DNA of 13,351 nucleotides from Candidatus Nanohaloarchaea archaeon (GCA_042218325.1 JBDGRE010000007.1:1-13351), one strand, 5' to 3'; counted from the first letter of the stretch, positions 1-7,481 are shown. Made by a program: numbers and translations. The notes: a model not told the origin generated them from the sequence alone.

Positions 1-913
1 CGTCCCAGTGCTGGTAAGGATTTGTCCCGTATCCTGATGCATCTACAGCTATCTGGGTTTCTACTTCATCCAACGGCTTCGCTGTTAGTTCCACAAGCTT
101 CTGTAGCAGCTTGTAGAGTTCTGGTTCGCTGTAAATGTTGTAGATGGTGTTGAAGTGCGGCACATCTTCGAGGTAATAGTCTTCCAGTTCTTCCAAGTCC
201 CCTACAAGGTCTCTTCCAGGTTTCCCTGTGTATTGATGGTAGAGTATGCAGAAAAGCTGGTCTCTGATACTGTAGCCGTTTGCTCCAAGCGACTGGTTTT
301 CTTGGTCCTGAACAGTTTTCGCTATTTCCGCAGCTATTCGCTTGAACATCGGTTTCTCGTTGGTCTTTGCTTCGTTGTAGGAAGACCAGTCTCTACCCTC
401 GTCCTCTGACTTATCATCCATATTTGAGATGTTTTCCTCAACTATAGATGGCTTATTTTTCTGTTCAAGCCCGTAGATAAGTTTACTGCTGCAGTTGTCC
501 TCGATGTAATCTGCGGTATGTTTAATGAGTCTTCGGATGTCTGGTGTTACCCGTTCTCTTTCAAATCTGCGTATGTTGGACTGTCCTGGCATACTTGTGA
601 GTGTAAATCCGAGGTCTTCTGCTATGTCAAGATGTGTTCTAATCTGTCTGCGAAGTTCCGATTTCTCCTGTATGCCCCTAACTTCCTTGTATACCAGGAA
701 TTTAACGAGTGCCATCGGCTCGGTTTCAATCATTTTCTGGCTGGTATACTGTTGATGGACACGCACTTTCAGAGGTCGTAGGTCAAGCAATTTCAGGAAC
801 TGGCTTACTCGAATATCTTCTCCAAGCTGGTTGAACTGCTGGTCTATCTCATCCTCTATCTTCTCTATATCCGTTTCAAAACCACTATCTCTGTCATCTC
901 TGAAGTCTTCCAT
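1..913 (-). CDS. IS5/IS4-like DDE transposase (DDE_Tnp_1 clan) with long N-terminal extension; runs off the window at its 3' end
   Basis: Not in the ORF track. Manual translation from ATG 913 is open for 304 codons: MEDFRDDRDSG...RDWSSYNEAKTNEKPMF...VPHFNTIYNI...LVELTAKPLDEVETQIAVDASGYGT. WxxYN, PHFNTI and AVDASG (first catalytic Asp, D291) are typical of IS5-like transposases. Confidence 0.85.
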   Translation of the reverse strand, partial: MEDFRDDRDSGFETDIEKIEDEIDQQFNQLGEDIRVSQFLKLLDLRPLKVRVHQQYTSQKMIETEPMALVKFLVYKEVRGIQEKSELRRQIRTHLDIAEDLGFTLTSMPGQSNIRRFERERVTPDIRRLIKHTADYIEDNCSSKLIYGLEQKNKPSIVEENISNMDDKSEDEGRDWSSYNEAKTNEKPMFKRIAAEIAKTVQDQENQSLGANGYSIRDQLFCILYHQYTGKPGRDLVGDLEELEDYYLEDVPHFNTIYNIYSEPELYKLLQKLVELTAKPLDEVETQIAVDASGYGTNPYQHWD

Positions 914-1471
914 TTAATGCTTCACCCGCTTGAAACCGTGTCCTTCTACCACGGAGTTTACTCGCCTCCAGAGTTTTGCTGTGACTTCGACATCTTGTTC
1001 GCAGTATTCGACTATCTCATCAATCTTACCTTGCTCGTATTTTTCTGGGACTGAACCGTTTTCCATCAGTTTTTCTTCTCCGAAGAAGAGTTTGATCCAG
1101 TCTTCCAGACCGCCTGAGTTGTTGCTGCTGTAGCGGTAGCCAACCTGTTTCATCACAGCCATCAGGTCTTCATACTGTGTGCGGAAGAATCCTCTGCCGT
1201 CTACTTGATGCAGTAAAGCTCGTGCGAAAATGAACCTGATGTCGAACAGGATATTGTAGCCGATTATGCAGTCAAAGTTTCTTCTACCGTAGAACTGGAG
1301 AAACTCCTCCAGCACTTCCTGCTCGTCCTCGGATTGGAAGCTGTAAGTCTTCTCCCTCTGCAAATCCTTCGCAACGATACAGATGATTCTGGACTCATAC
1401 GGCTGTAAGCCGTTAGTTTCGATGTCCAGAACCAACTCTCTCGAATATCGAGAGTCAATCGTTGGATTCAT
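914..1471 (-). CDS. Stand-alone DEDDy 3'-5' exonuclease (RNase H-like, PolB-exo/DnaQ-like)
   Basis: ExoI LDIETNG, ExoII IIGYNILFD and ExoIII EYCEQDV are all intact. Its TAA (916-914) directly abuts the transposase ATG (913). Confidence 0.9.
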   Translation of the reverse strand: MNPTIDSRYSRELVLDIETNGLQPYESRIICIVAKDLQREKTYSFQSEDEQEVLEEFLQFYGRRNFDCIIGYNILFDIRFIFARALLHQVDGRGFFRTQYEDLMAVMKQVGYRYSSNNSGGLEDWIKLFFGEEKLMENGSVPEKYEQGKIDEIVEYCEQDVEVTAKLWRRVNSVVEGHGFKRVKH

Positions 1472-1492
1472 ATTAGACTTGTTGTTGCCTAA

Positions 1493-1502
1493 CTTTTATA
1501 AA
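1493..1502 (-). promoter_or_regulatory. TATA box for the exonuclease-transposase transcript
   Basis: TTTATAAAAG on the minus strand 22-31 nt upstream of ATG 1471, consistent with an archaeal leaderless transcript. Confidence 0.6.
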
Positions 1503-1544
1503 GTCTTGATTCAGTCGTTGGATTTGCTCTTGATTCAGGCGAGG

Positions 1545-1553
1545 TTTAATAAG
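1545..1553 (+). promoter_or_regulatory. TATA box for the AbrB-wHTH pair
   Basis: TTTAATAAG 22-30 nt upstream of ATG 1575. Confidence 0.55.
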
Positions 1554-1574
1554 CGTATGATAGATATACTATAT

Positions 1575-1844
1575 ATGGTCAGCGAGTCCAACAAAGACGA
1601 TAAGCTGAAAGAAATCGAAGAAGCAATCGACTCCACAACCTCAATAATCGAAAAAACAGCGAAAGTAAGTAGTGATGGAAGACAAGTGCTGGTCAGATTC
1701 CCTTCAAAGATAAGTGAAGCTCTTGGAATTAAAAAAGGGGACAAAATAAAGTTTACAGCCGAAGTAGATAAAGAAAATCCCGAAAACAACGACCTAAAGG
1801 TCGAACATCAAAAGGTAGACGAAGATGACGAGAAGGAGAGCTAA
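1575..1844 (+). CDS. AbrB/MazE/SpoVT-family DNA-binding protein (89 aa)
   Basis: AKVSSDGRQVLVRFPSKISEALGIKKGDKIKF fits the swapped-hairpin pattern. Start moved from 1383 to ATG 1575, which avoids overlap with the exonuclease and lies behind a TATA box. Confidence 0.8.
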   Translation: MVSESNKDDKLKEIEEAIDSTTSIIEKTAKVSSDGRQVLVRFPSKISEALGIKKGDKIKFTAEVDKENPENNDLKVEHQKVDEDDEKES

Positions 1845-2037
1845 CTTCGACATATACGAAGAGAAGATACTGGAAGTCCTATACAAACACCCTGTATCTC
1901 TCAGCACATCAGAAGTTGCAGATAAAGCCGACATCGCCTGGGAAACAGCTAAAGATAGACTTGAAGATCTCTGGGAAGATCACTACATAGAAAGAGAAGA
2001 CAAAGGAAACAGCATAGAATGGTGGATCGAAGACTAA
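1825..2037 (+). CDS. Small winged helix-turn-helix protein
   Basis: KILEVLY...LSTSEVADKADIAWETAKDRLEDL...IERE...W is a wHTH pattern. It overlaps the AbrB gene by 20 nt. Confidence 0.8.
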   Translation: MTRRRANFDIYEEKILEVLYKHPVSLSTSEVADKADIAWETAKDRLEDLWEDHYIEREDKGNSIEWWIED

Positions 2038-2889
2038 TTATTTTTCAGCCAGAAAATCAGCGTGAACCCCCTTATCTTCCTTGAATACAGGATATTGAGA
2101 CCTCAAGGTTCGAGCCTGTTTAACTGACCATTCATTCCTGAGTCCAAGTTTCTTGCCTGCCTTCATCATAGGAACACCTATAAGACCTAAAGCACGCATC
2201 TTTTCAGCCGAAGGCTTTATTCTATCCCAGTGATCTACCATATCAATCTCGGTAAATCCTGTATCTCTCATCATCTCTTCAAATTCTTCATAATTTCTTC
2301 CTTCTGGTAGAGCCCAGCCTTCCAAAACATCTTCAATCTGCTTTCGGTCCTTTGAGGAATAATCTTGGACTTCAGGACTTTCTAAATCATAAGTTTCTCC
2401 AGTAAGCCAACCGTCAGATACCAAAATATTTCCTTCATCGTTAAGAACTCGATATGCTTCATTTAGAAACTCTTCTTTTGAATCAGAGTGCGAAACAGTT
2501 TCAATAGCAGCTATAGAATCAAAACTTTCTGAGTCGAATGGAAGATTATGGAAGTCTCCCTGTAAAAATTCAGTAGAGTCTTCAGTTCCTTTATTTCTGC
2601 TCATCTTTCTGGCTTTTCTGATGTGTCTATTGTTTAGGTCGAGACCATAAATCTCTGCATCTGTGTTTTCAGCCAAAAAGTTCGAAAATCCTCCTTTACC
2701 GCATCCGACAACTAGGACTTTATCTTCAGGAGAAATAGCTAATCTGTCCTGGTAATGCTGGTTGGAGTTCTCTATTGCTGTAGAATTAATATAGGAATCA
2801 AAACCGTAGTGCATCGTATCGTTACTCCAGAAAAACTCGTAGTCAAAGGCTGTAGAATCATATAAGTCATTAATGTCTTCAGAGTCCAT
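2038..2889 (-). CDS. Class I SAM-dependent methyltransferase, tocopherol/sterol-methyltransferase-like (283 aa)
   Basis: YEFFWSNDTMHYGF, motif I VLVVGCGKGG, GLDL, GDFHNLPFDSESFD, EAYRVL. Start moved to MDSEDIN (ATG 2889). Confidence 0.85.
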   Translation of the reverse strand: MDSEDINDLYDSTAFDYEFFWSNDTMHYGFDSYINSTAIENSNQHYQDRLAISPEDKVLVVGCGKGGFSNFLAENTDAEIYGLDLNNRHIRKARKMSRNKGTEDSTEFLQGDFHNLPFDSESFDSIAAIETVSHSDSKEEFLNEAYRVLNDEGNILVSDGWLTGETYDLESPEVQDYSSKDRKQIEDVLEGWALPEGRNYEEFEEMMRDTGFTEIDMVDHWDRIKPSAEKMRALGLIGVPMMKAGKKLGLRNEWSVKQARTLRSQYPVFKEDKGVHADFLAEK

Positions 2890-2941
2890 AACCTGTTTAG
2901 GGATAAATAATAATTTAAAATTGATTTGTATTTTGCTACTT
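2890..2941. promoter_or_regulatory. 52-bp divergent promoter region
   Basis: Central AT-only tract ATAAATAATAATTTAAAATT (2903-2922) lies at TATA distance from both ATG 2889 (-) and ATG 2942 (+). Confidence 0.6.
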
Positions 2942-4114
2942 ATGAATAGACACGACATAGTGGTTGTAGGTGCTGGACCTGCAGGTCTACAGTACGCCAG
3001 AGAACTTGCCGATGAGTATGATGTCGCTATTTACGAAAAAGATTCTGATATAACTGACAGAAAGAAGTCTACAGGCGGAACATTTCCAGAAATGATGGAA
3101 GAATTTAAGATTTCTGAAAGCCTTGCTATGGCGGAGACTGATGAAGTAGTTTTTATTTCACCTAATTCCGAATCAAGAGTAGATGTAGACGGATATGTAT
3201 TAGAATATGGAGATTTTCTTGAATACCTCTCTGAAGAAGCTCAAAACCAAGGAGCAGAACTAAATTTAAACTCAAATGTTACAGGTTACGACACAGATAC
3301 AAAAGGGGATATAAACTCCATTAATGTAGACGGGAGAGAAGTTGAAGCAGATTTATTTGTTGATGCTTCTGGACCTGAAGCAGTAATCGCACAAGACTAC
3401 CTCGGTTTAAATCCAAATGAAGACGATAGATGGATAGGGGTAGAGCAGGAACTACGAGGAGGGGATTATGATGGACAAATGGTGTTCGAGTTTGGTGATG
3501 TAGCTCCTGGAGGCTATGCTTGGGCTTTTGACGCAGGAGAAAACACCAAAGTAGGAGTTTGCTGGTCCAAAGAATTTTTCAGAAAACAAGATGGTGAAGG
3601 AACACTTCAAGACTACCTGCAAGACTGGATAGCACAACTCGAACTTGAAAATAACAGCGTGGAAGAAGTTCACGCAGGTAGTGCGTTCTCATATCCGTTT
3701 GATGTGGATAGGTCTGATGAAAGATTCCTTGCAGTAGGAGATACTGTAGCAAGTATTAATCCTCTGCTTTTGGAAGGTATAAGACCAGGTATGCAGTCTG
3801 CAAGGTATGCTGCAGAGATAACAGATGAAGCAATGGAACAAGGTGATTTATCTGCGAGAAACTTGCAGGGATACGACCAAAAATGGGACGAAGAAAAAGG
3901 CAAGAGCTTTAGAAAACAAAAACTTGCCCAAGAGCTTATCTACCAGCTTGATGATGACAGGTTAGACCAAACTATTGATAATGTGGCAGAACTTGATGAT
4001 GAATTAGTAGAAGACTTCGTTCACTACGATCTTGACCTACGAGATATGTGGAAAATTTATCCTTCGCTTAAAGCAAGAGACTTGATTAGAGTAGGAAGAT
4101 TTCTGTCTAAATAG
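2942..4114 (+). CDS. Geranylgeranyl reductase-family FAD oxidoreductase (digeranylgeranylglycerophospholipid reductase-like, 390 aa)
   Basis: VVVGAGPAG, KSTGGTF, VDASG, APGGYAWAF (YxWxF motif), KVGV, AVGD...INPLLLEGI. Start moved to ATG 2942. Confidence 0.88.
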   Translation: MNRHDIVVVGAGPAGLQYARELADEYDVAIYEKDSDITDRKKSTGGTFPEMMEEFKISESLAMAETDEVVFISPNSESRVDVDGYVLEYGDFLEYLSEEAQNQGAELNLNSNVTGYDTDTKGDINSINVDGREVEADLFVDASGPEAVIAQDYLGLNPNEDDRWIGVEQELRGGDYDGQMVFEFGDVAPGGYAWAFDAGENTKVGVCWSKEFFRKQDGEGTLQDYLQDWIAQLELENNSVEEVHAGSAFSYPFDVDRSDERFLAVGDTVASINPLLLEGIRPGMQSARYAAEITDEAMEQGDLSARNLQGYDQKWDEEKGKSFRKQKLAQELIYQLDDDRLDQTIDNVAELDDELVEDFVHYDLDLRDMWKIYPSLKARDLIRVGRFLSK

Positions 4115-4118
4115 AGAA

Positions 4119-4397
4119 TTAGAAATCTTCAAGCTTTCTTTCTCCTAAATCTTCTTTTCTGTCCAGAAACTTATCTTTCAGTGATTGGCTTAATGCTCCG
4201 AATAGCTGTGTAAAGTGGGTTTCTCCTACTTGTTCTGATTCTTTCTTAAAGCGGTCAAAGCTCGCAGCCAATTTCAAAGCTGATTCTTTATTTGTAGAAT
4301 TAAGCTTGTCAGCCGTTTTCTCCAAGAAGAATGTTTCAAGTTCTGCTTTCTTGTCTCTGTCTTCGGTTTCCAGTAGTTCCTCAAATTTTTCCTGCAT
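4119..4397 (-). CDS. Hypothetical charged helical protein (92 aa)
   Basis: E/K-rich composition and tight convergent packing (4-bp gap) with the reductase stop. No recognisable motif. Confidence 0.6.
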   Translation of the reverse strand: MQEKFEELLETEDRDKKAELETFFLEKTADKLNSTNKESALKLAASFDRFKKESEQVGETHFTQLFGALSQSLKDKFLDRKEDLGERKLEDF

Positions 4398-4409
4398 ATC
4401 TCTGAATTA

Positions 4410-4471
4410 TTGTGCGAAGGTTGATATTTTTGTGCAAAAATTGTGCAGAAGGGGAGGGTTTGTGCAAAGCC
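4410..4471. repeat. Four TTGTGCRRA repeats; candidate transposon end
   Basis: TTGTGCGAA 4410, TTGTGCAAA 4430, TTGTGCAGA 4441, TTGTGCAAA 4460. The cluster ends in TTTGTGCAAAGCC (4459-4471). Confidence 0.75.
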
Positions 4472-4990
4472 GCCTTCAAGAATGATGTAATTGGCGGCCA
4501 TGTCGAGATTGGCATCGGCCGCACCGAGGTCGGAAACGTTCACGTCGGATTGGGCTATCGAAAGATCTGACCAACCTATCGAAGAAGTATCCAGAGCCGC
4601 TTTAGGGACGTAACCGGCGCTTGTGTCCCAGACAGTCGTCCCGCTATCCACGATGTCGTGGCCGTTGATATCGTTCCCGTTGGAAAGCACGTCGCTGAGT
4701 GTCCCGGTTCCGCCGCCTCCGCTTGAGGATGCCAGCGGGATGAAACTGGAGACCGGTGAGGCGAGAGCGAGACCTCCGGCACCGAGACCGAGCATCTTGA
4801 GGAAGCTGCGGCGGTCGAGAGAACCATCGGAATCGTCTCCCTCGGTCTCGGACAGCTCCTGTAGCTTCTCCTCTATCTTCCGCGAGATGTAGTCGTCGCC
4901 AGTGTCTTCACCGGACAGCTTCTCGTGGAGCTTCTCCTCGACCTTCTGGTCGACTATCTCCTCGATTTTTTCCTCAGAATCCTCCGGCAT
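4472..4990 (-). pseudogene. Tat-motif fibre-like surface protein paralog A, 3'-truncated
   Basis: N-terminus is near-identical to 8235-9392 (DRRSFLKMLGLGAGGLALA). After ...ADANLDMAANYII the frame reads through the repeat cluster into basic, non-halophilic sequence overlapping 4119-4397, with a stop at 4274. Confidence 0.7.
4626..4972. repeat. 347-bp direct repeat, copy 1
   Basis: Identical by eye to 9028-9374 (offset 4402). Looser similarity continues through the start codon and promoter. Confidence 0.95.
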
Positions 4991-5018
4991 CTGGCTAACG
5001 GTAAGTTGTCTGCGGTTG

Positions 5019-5036
5019 TTTAAGAATTTCCCGGGG
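5019..5036 (-). promoter_or_regulatory. BRE/TATA-like promoter of paralog A
   Basis: CCCCGGGAAATTCTTAAA, matched by CCCCGGGAGCTTCTTAAG (9439-9422) at nearly the same distance upstream of the intact paralog. Confidence 0.6.
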
Positions 5037-5038
5037 CT

Positions 5039-5995
5039 CTAGATGTAGCCCATGTCCTGCAGCTGGTCCTTTGCCGCTTCTTTCTCCGCGTCGACGCCGC
5101 CCTCGCCGTACTCCCGGGCCTGTTCTTCCGCGTCCTCGGTGCAGCACTCCGCGTCCGTATGCCTGTAACCTTGGTCGTAAAGCTCCGGGTACGAGACGGA
5201 CTCCATCTTGATGTAGGCCCAGACGTTGGCCTCCTCCCAGTTCTTCAGCGGGTTGACGCGGGTGTACTCCGCGGGTTCCTCCTTTTCCTCGACCAGCTCG
5301 ATTTCAGGCTCCTTGTCCTCTCCCTGGGCTATCATGTCGCCGCCGCGTATGCCGGCTATCATGGTGTCGAAGCCGTGTTCCTCCCTGAACCGCTTCAGCG
5401 GGATGACCTTCAACGCGCCGCAGGACTCGGGCACGCCCCACTCCTCAGGCTTCAGGTTCTGGCGCTGGACCGGCTTCAGCTTGGTGTTCGTCCCGCAGTC
5501 GCCGCACTCGACCCGTTTCTCCCTCTCGTTCAGCTCCGCGATTTCTCCGCAGGCAGGGCATTTCCATTCTCCTGTATGCTCGCCGTGGTAGCCTCGCGGG
5601 TCGTACTCGTTGCGTATGATGTTGTCGAGGAACTCCTCGTACTTCTCTATGATTATCTGGTTTCCTATGCCGTTGAACGGGCCTACCGTATCCGCGCCCC
5701 GGTCGCCGGAGTCCTCCGCGAAGTCGCGGCGGAACTCGTACATCTCATCGAACTGGTTGCCGGTATCGATAACACCGAAAGGCACCGGGGAGACGCCCTC
5801 GTTAGGTCCGATCTCGTACAGAAGCAGGTCGGCGATGACCTGCGCCTCCTTGCCGCCGGTCCAGAGGAAGACGGTGTCGCCTTCATCTTCTTCGACTACC
5901 TCTTCAAGGGTGTCGATGGCCTCCTGTATCAGCGTAGTCTGTGAACCTTCTCCGGGTACGGGCGTCTTCATCGACGGCCGGGAGTTCCAGGTCAT
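5039..5995 (-). CDS. PAPS reductase-family protein, CysD (sulfate adenylyltransferase subunit 2)-like, with Zn-ribbon insertion
   Basis: PP-loop-like WTGGKEAQV, IDTGNQFDEMYEFR, RVNPLKNWEEANVWAYI, LYDQGY, C-terminal LQDMGYI. SD GGGGGTGA lies 6 nt upstream and there is an ATGA overlap with the upstream gene. Confidence 0.8.
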   Translation of the reverse strand: MTWNSRPSMKTPVPGEGSQTTLIQEAIDTLEEVVEEDEGDTVFLWTGGKEAQVIADLLLYEIGPNEGVSPVPFGVIDTGNQFDEMYEFRRDFAEDSGDRGADTVGPFNGIGNQIIIEKYEEFLDNIIRNEYDPRGYHGEHTGEWKCPACGEIAELNEREKRVECGDCGTNTKLKPVQRQNLKPEEWGVPESCGALKVIPLKRFREEHGFDTMIAGIRGGDMIAQGEDKEPEIELVEEKEEPAEYTRVNPLKNWEEANVWAYIKMESVSYPELYDQGYRHTDAECCTEDAEEQAREYGEGGVDAEKEAAKDQLQDMGYI

Positions 5996-7338
5996 TTCGT
6001 GTCACCCCCGAGCTGGGCCTCGATGTTCTCGTGTGCGAGTTCGACCTCGTCCTTCGTCCACTGCTTGACCTGCTCGGGCTGCAGCGGCGACTCCGTGACT
6101 TCGAGCCCGATGAAGTCTGTTATTATGTCGTACATGTCCTCCGGCTTGATGGTCTCCTTGTCAGGTATGTTCAGCTCTTTCGTGGCGCCGAAGCACGCCT
6201 CGCGGTCGTGGACCCCGGTCCTGTAGTAACCCATGCCTATCGGGTTCTCGTGGAGGTTGCCGGAGACGAACACTCCTTCTTTCCTGTCCGGGATGATATC
6301 GGGAACGCTCTCGTAGAAGTCCGCATCCTCGTCATAAAGCTCCCATTTGTACTTGACCGACCGGTACATGCCCGTGTCCATCAGCTCCTCGCGGAACTTC
6401 TCCTCGTTGAAATCCTTGCGGTCGACCAAGAGAGTGAGGCAGGAGTCGAACGGGTCGGCGCACACGACCTGCGAGTTCTCCTCTATCAGTTTTACACCGG
6501 GCCGGCCGAAAGTGAACTGGTTCTCCACGCGTTCGTTGACGGGGTGCATCTCGCCGCCCTGGTACTCTGTAAGCGTGTCGATGAAGTCGTAGTCGACCTT
6601 GTAGTCAAGCCAGCCCTCCTGCTTCAGCCACCTGTTTACGCGGAAAGTGTGGGTTAACTCGGTCTGGCCGTGGTCGCTGAAGAACATCAGGTCACCGTCT
6701 ATCTGGTTGTCTATCTCGGAAAGCAGTGACTGGATGTGGTCGATGAGGTGCTGCCTGTAAGGCTTGCCATTGCGGGTTTCTGTGTGCTGGAAGTGGCAGT
6801 AACTGTCGACCAGCCGGTAGCCGAGGAACACCACGTCGAACTCCTGGTGTCTCATCACCTCCTTGGCCCGGGTGAAGAAGTTCCGGGTCTGGTCCAGGAA
6901 GCTGCTGTACGTGGTGTCGGGATGGTCTCTTATCATGTCGCTCGCCGGCGCCGGCACGTTCACCAGCTGCGCGCCCTCCTGCGGGACGGTCTGCGACGCT
7001 CCCTGCAGAGCATCACCGTGAAGGATCGAGCCCTCGTTCCCGCTCTGGAAAGGAATCGAGAAAGGCATTCCCATCGCAAGAACCCGCTGGCCGTCCCTGA
7101 CCGCCTGGTCGATGAACGTCGACTTCCGGGGCCGCGTCGTCTGCTCGCCGCCGAACTTCGACACCTCCATCATACCGTTCTCCGCTGGGTTCAGTCCAGT
7201 ATAAATCGAGCTCATCACCCGCGGCGTGACACGCGGCACATCCGCGTCCATCTCGCCCTTGTGGATCTCCTCTAAGAAACCGTTCAGCTCCCGTGGAGAG
7301 AGTGCATCGATGAAAACAACAACATCCGTATCAGACAG
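5992..7338 (-). CDS. Alkaline phosphatase superfamily protein (type I phosphodiesterase/nucleotide pyrophosphatase-like), probable CTG start, 448 aa
   Basis: VVVFIDAL (upstream of ATG 7251), Thr nucleophile region PRVTPRVMSSIYTG, VDSYCH, FFSDHG, TGVH. SD AGGTGA lies 6 nt before CTG 7338. Confidence 0.85.
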   Translation of the reverse strand: MSDTDVVVFIDALSPRELNGFLEEIHKGEMDADVPRVTPRVMSSIYTGLNPAENGMMEVSKFGGEQTTRPRKSTFIDQAVRDGQRVLAMGMPFSIPFQSGNEGSILHGDALQGASQTVPQEGAQLVNVPAPASDMIRDHPDTTYSSFLDQTRNFFTRAKEVMRHQEFDVVFLGYRLVDSYCHFQHTETRNGKPYRQHLIDHIQSLLSEIDNQIDGDLMFFSDHGQTELTHTFRVNRWLKQEGWLDYKVDYDFIDTLTEYQGGEMHPVNERVENQFTFGRPGVKLIEENSQVVCADPFDSCLTLLVDRKDFNEEKFREELMDTGMYRSVKYKWELYDEDADFYESVPDIIPDRKEGVFVSGNLHENPIGMGYYRTGVHDREACFGATKELNIPDKETIKPEDMYDIITDFIGLEVTESPLQPEQVKQWTKDEVELAHENIEAQLGGDTK

Positions 7339-7375
7339 TTCTGGTCACCTTGTGGAAATTATTGACCGGTAATGG

Positions 7376-7382
7376 TTTTATA
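7376..7382 (-). promoter_or_regulatory. TATA box of the phosphodiesterase/CysD-like operon
   Basis: TATAAAA about 26 nt upstream of the SD at 7350-7345. Confidence 0.55.
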
Positions 7383-7481
7383 GCTAGCTGAGCCGGGAAA
7401 AACCGGCTTTTCTGACATTAACCCGTCAGTAAGCCTTGTCTATATAGATATTCGTCCCTAAATAGTATATATATAAGCCTT

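Larger units (their letters stand above)
1..4471 (-). mobile_element. Putative cargo-carrying IS5-like transposon; the other end lies outside the window
   Basis: Transposase, compact AT-richer gene block, repeat cluster at the boundary, sharp GC rise and an interrupted gene just beyond it. The second end and a target duplication cannot be seen. Confidence 0.5.

Noticed and set aside
155-1458. Short ORFs 155-409, 518-781, 525-755, 930-1133, 1264-1458
   Set aside because: They are antisense or alternate-frame shadows of the transposase and exonuclease, with non-halophilic composition.
1383-1574. Long N-terminal extension of the AbrB ORF, and antisense ORF 1535-1789
   Set aside because: The extension overlaps the exonuclease and both promoters; ATG 1575 fits the TATA spacing.
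2873-2958. Apparent head-to-head overlap of the methyltransferase and reductase ORFs
   Set aside because: An artefact of longest-ORF calling. The likely starts are 2889 and 2942.
4410-4468. TTGTGC repeats as a mini-CRISPR
   Set aside because: The repeats are only 9 bp with 2-11 bp gaps, and no cas genes are present.
4274-4471. C-terminal ~65 aa of the 238-aa ORF as real protein
   Set aside because: Basic, atypical sequence that reads through the repeat cluster and overlaps the 92-aa ORF; treated as read-through after truncation.
5159-7275. Long plus-strand ORFs (261, 238, 179, 152, 121 aa)
   Set aside because: Antisense shadows typical of GC-rich genes; the minus-strand frames carry the recognisable motifs.
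7391-7408. Hairpin AGCCGG-GAAAAA-CCGGCT
   Set aside because: A 6-bp stem is expected by chance; a role next to the promoter is possible but unsupported.
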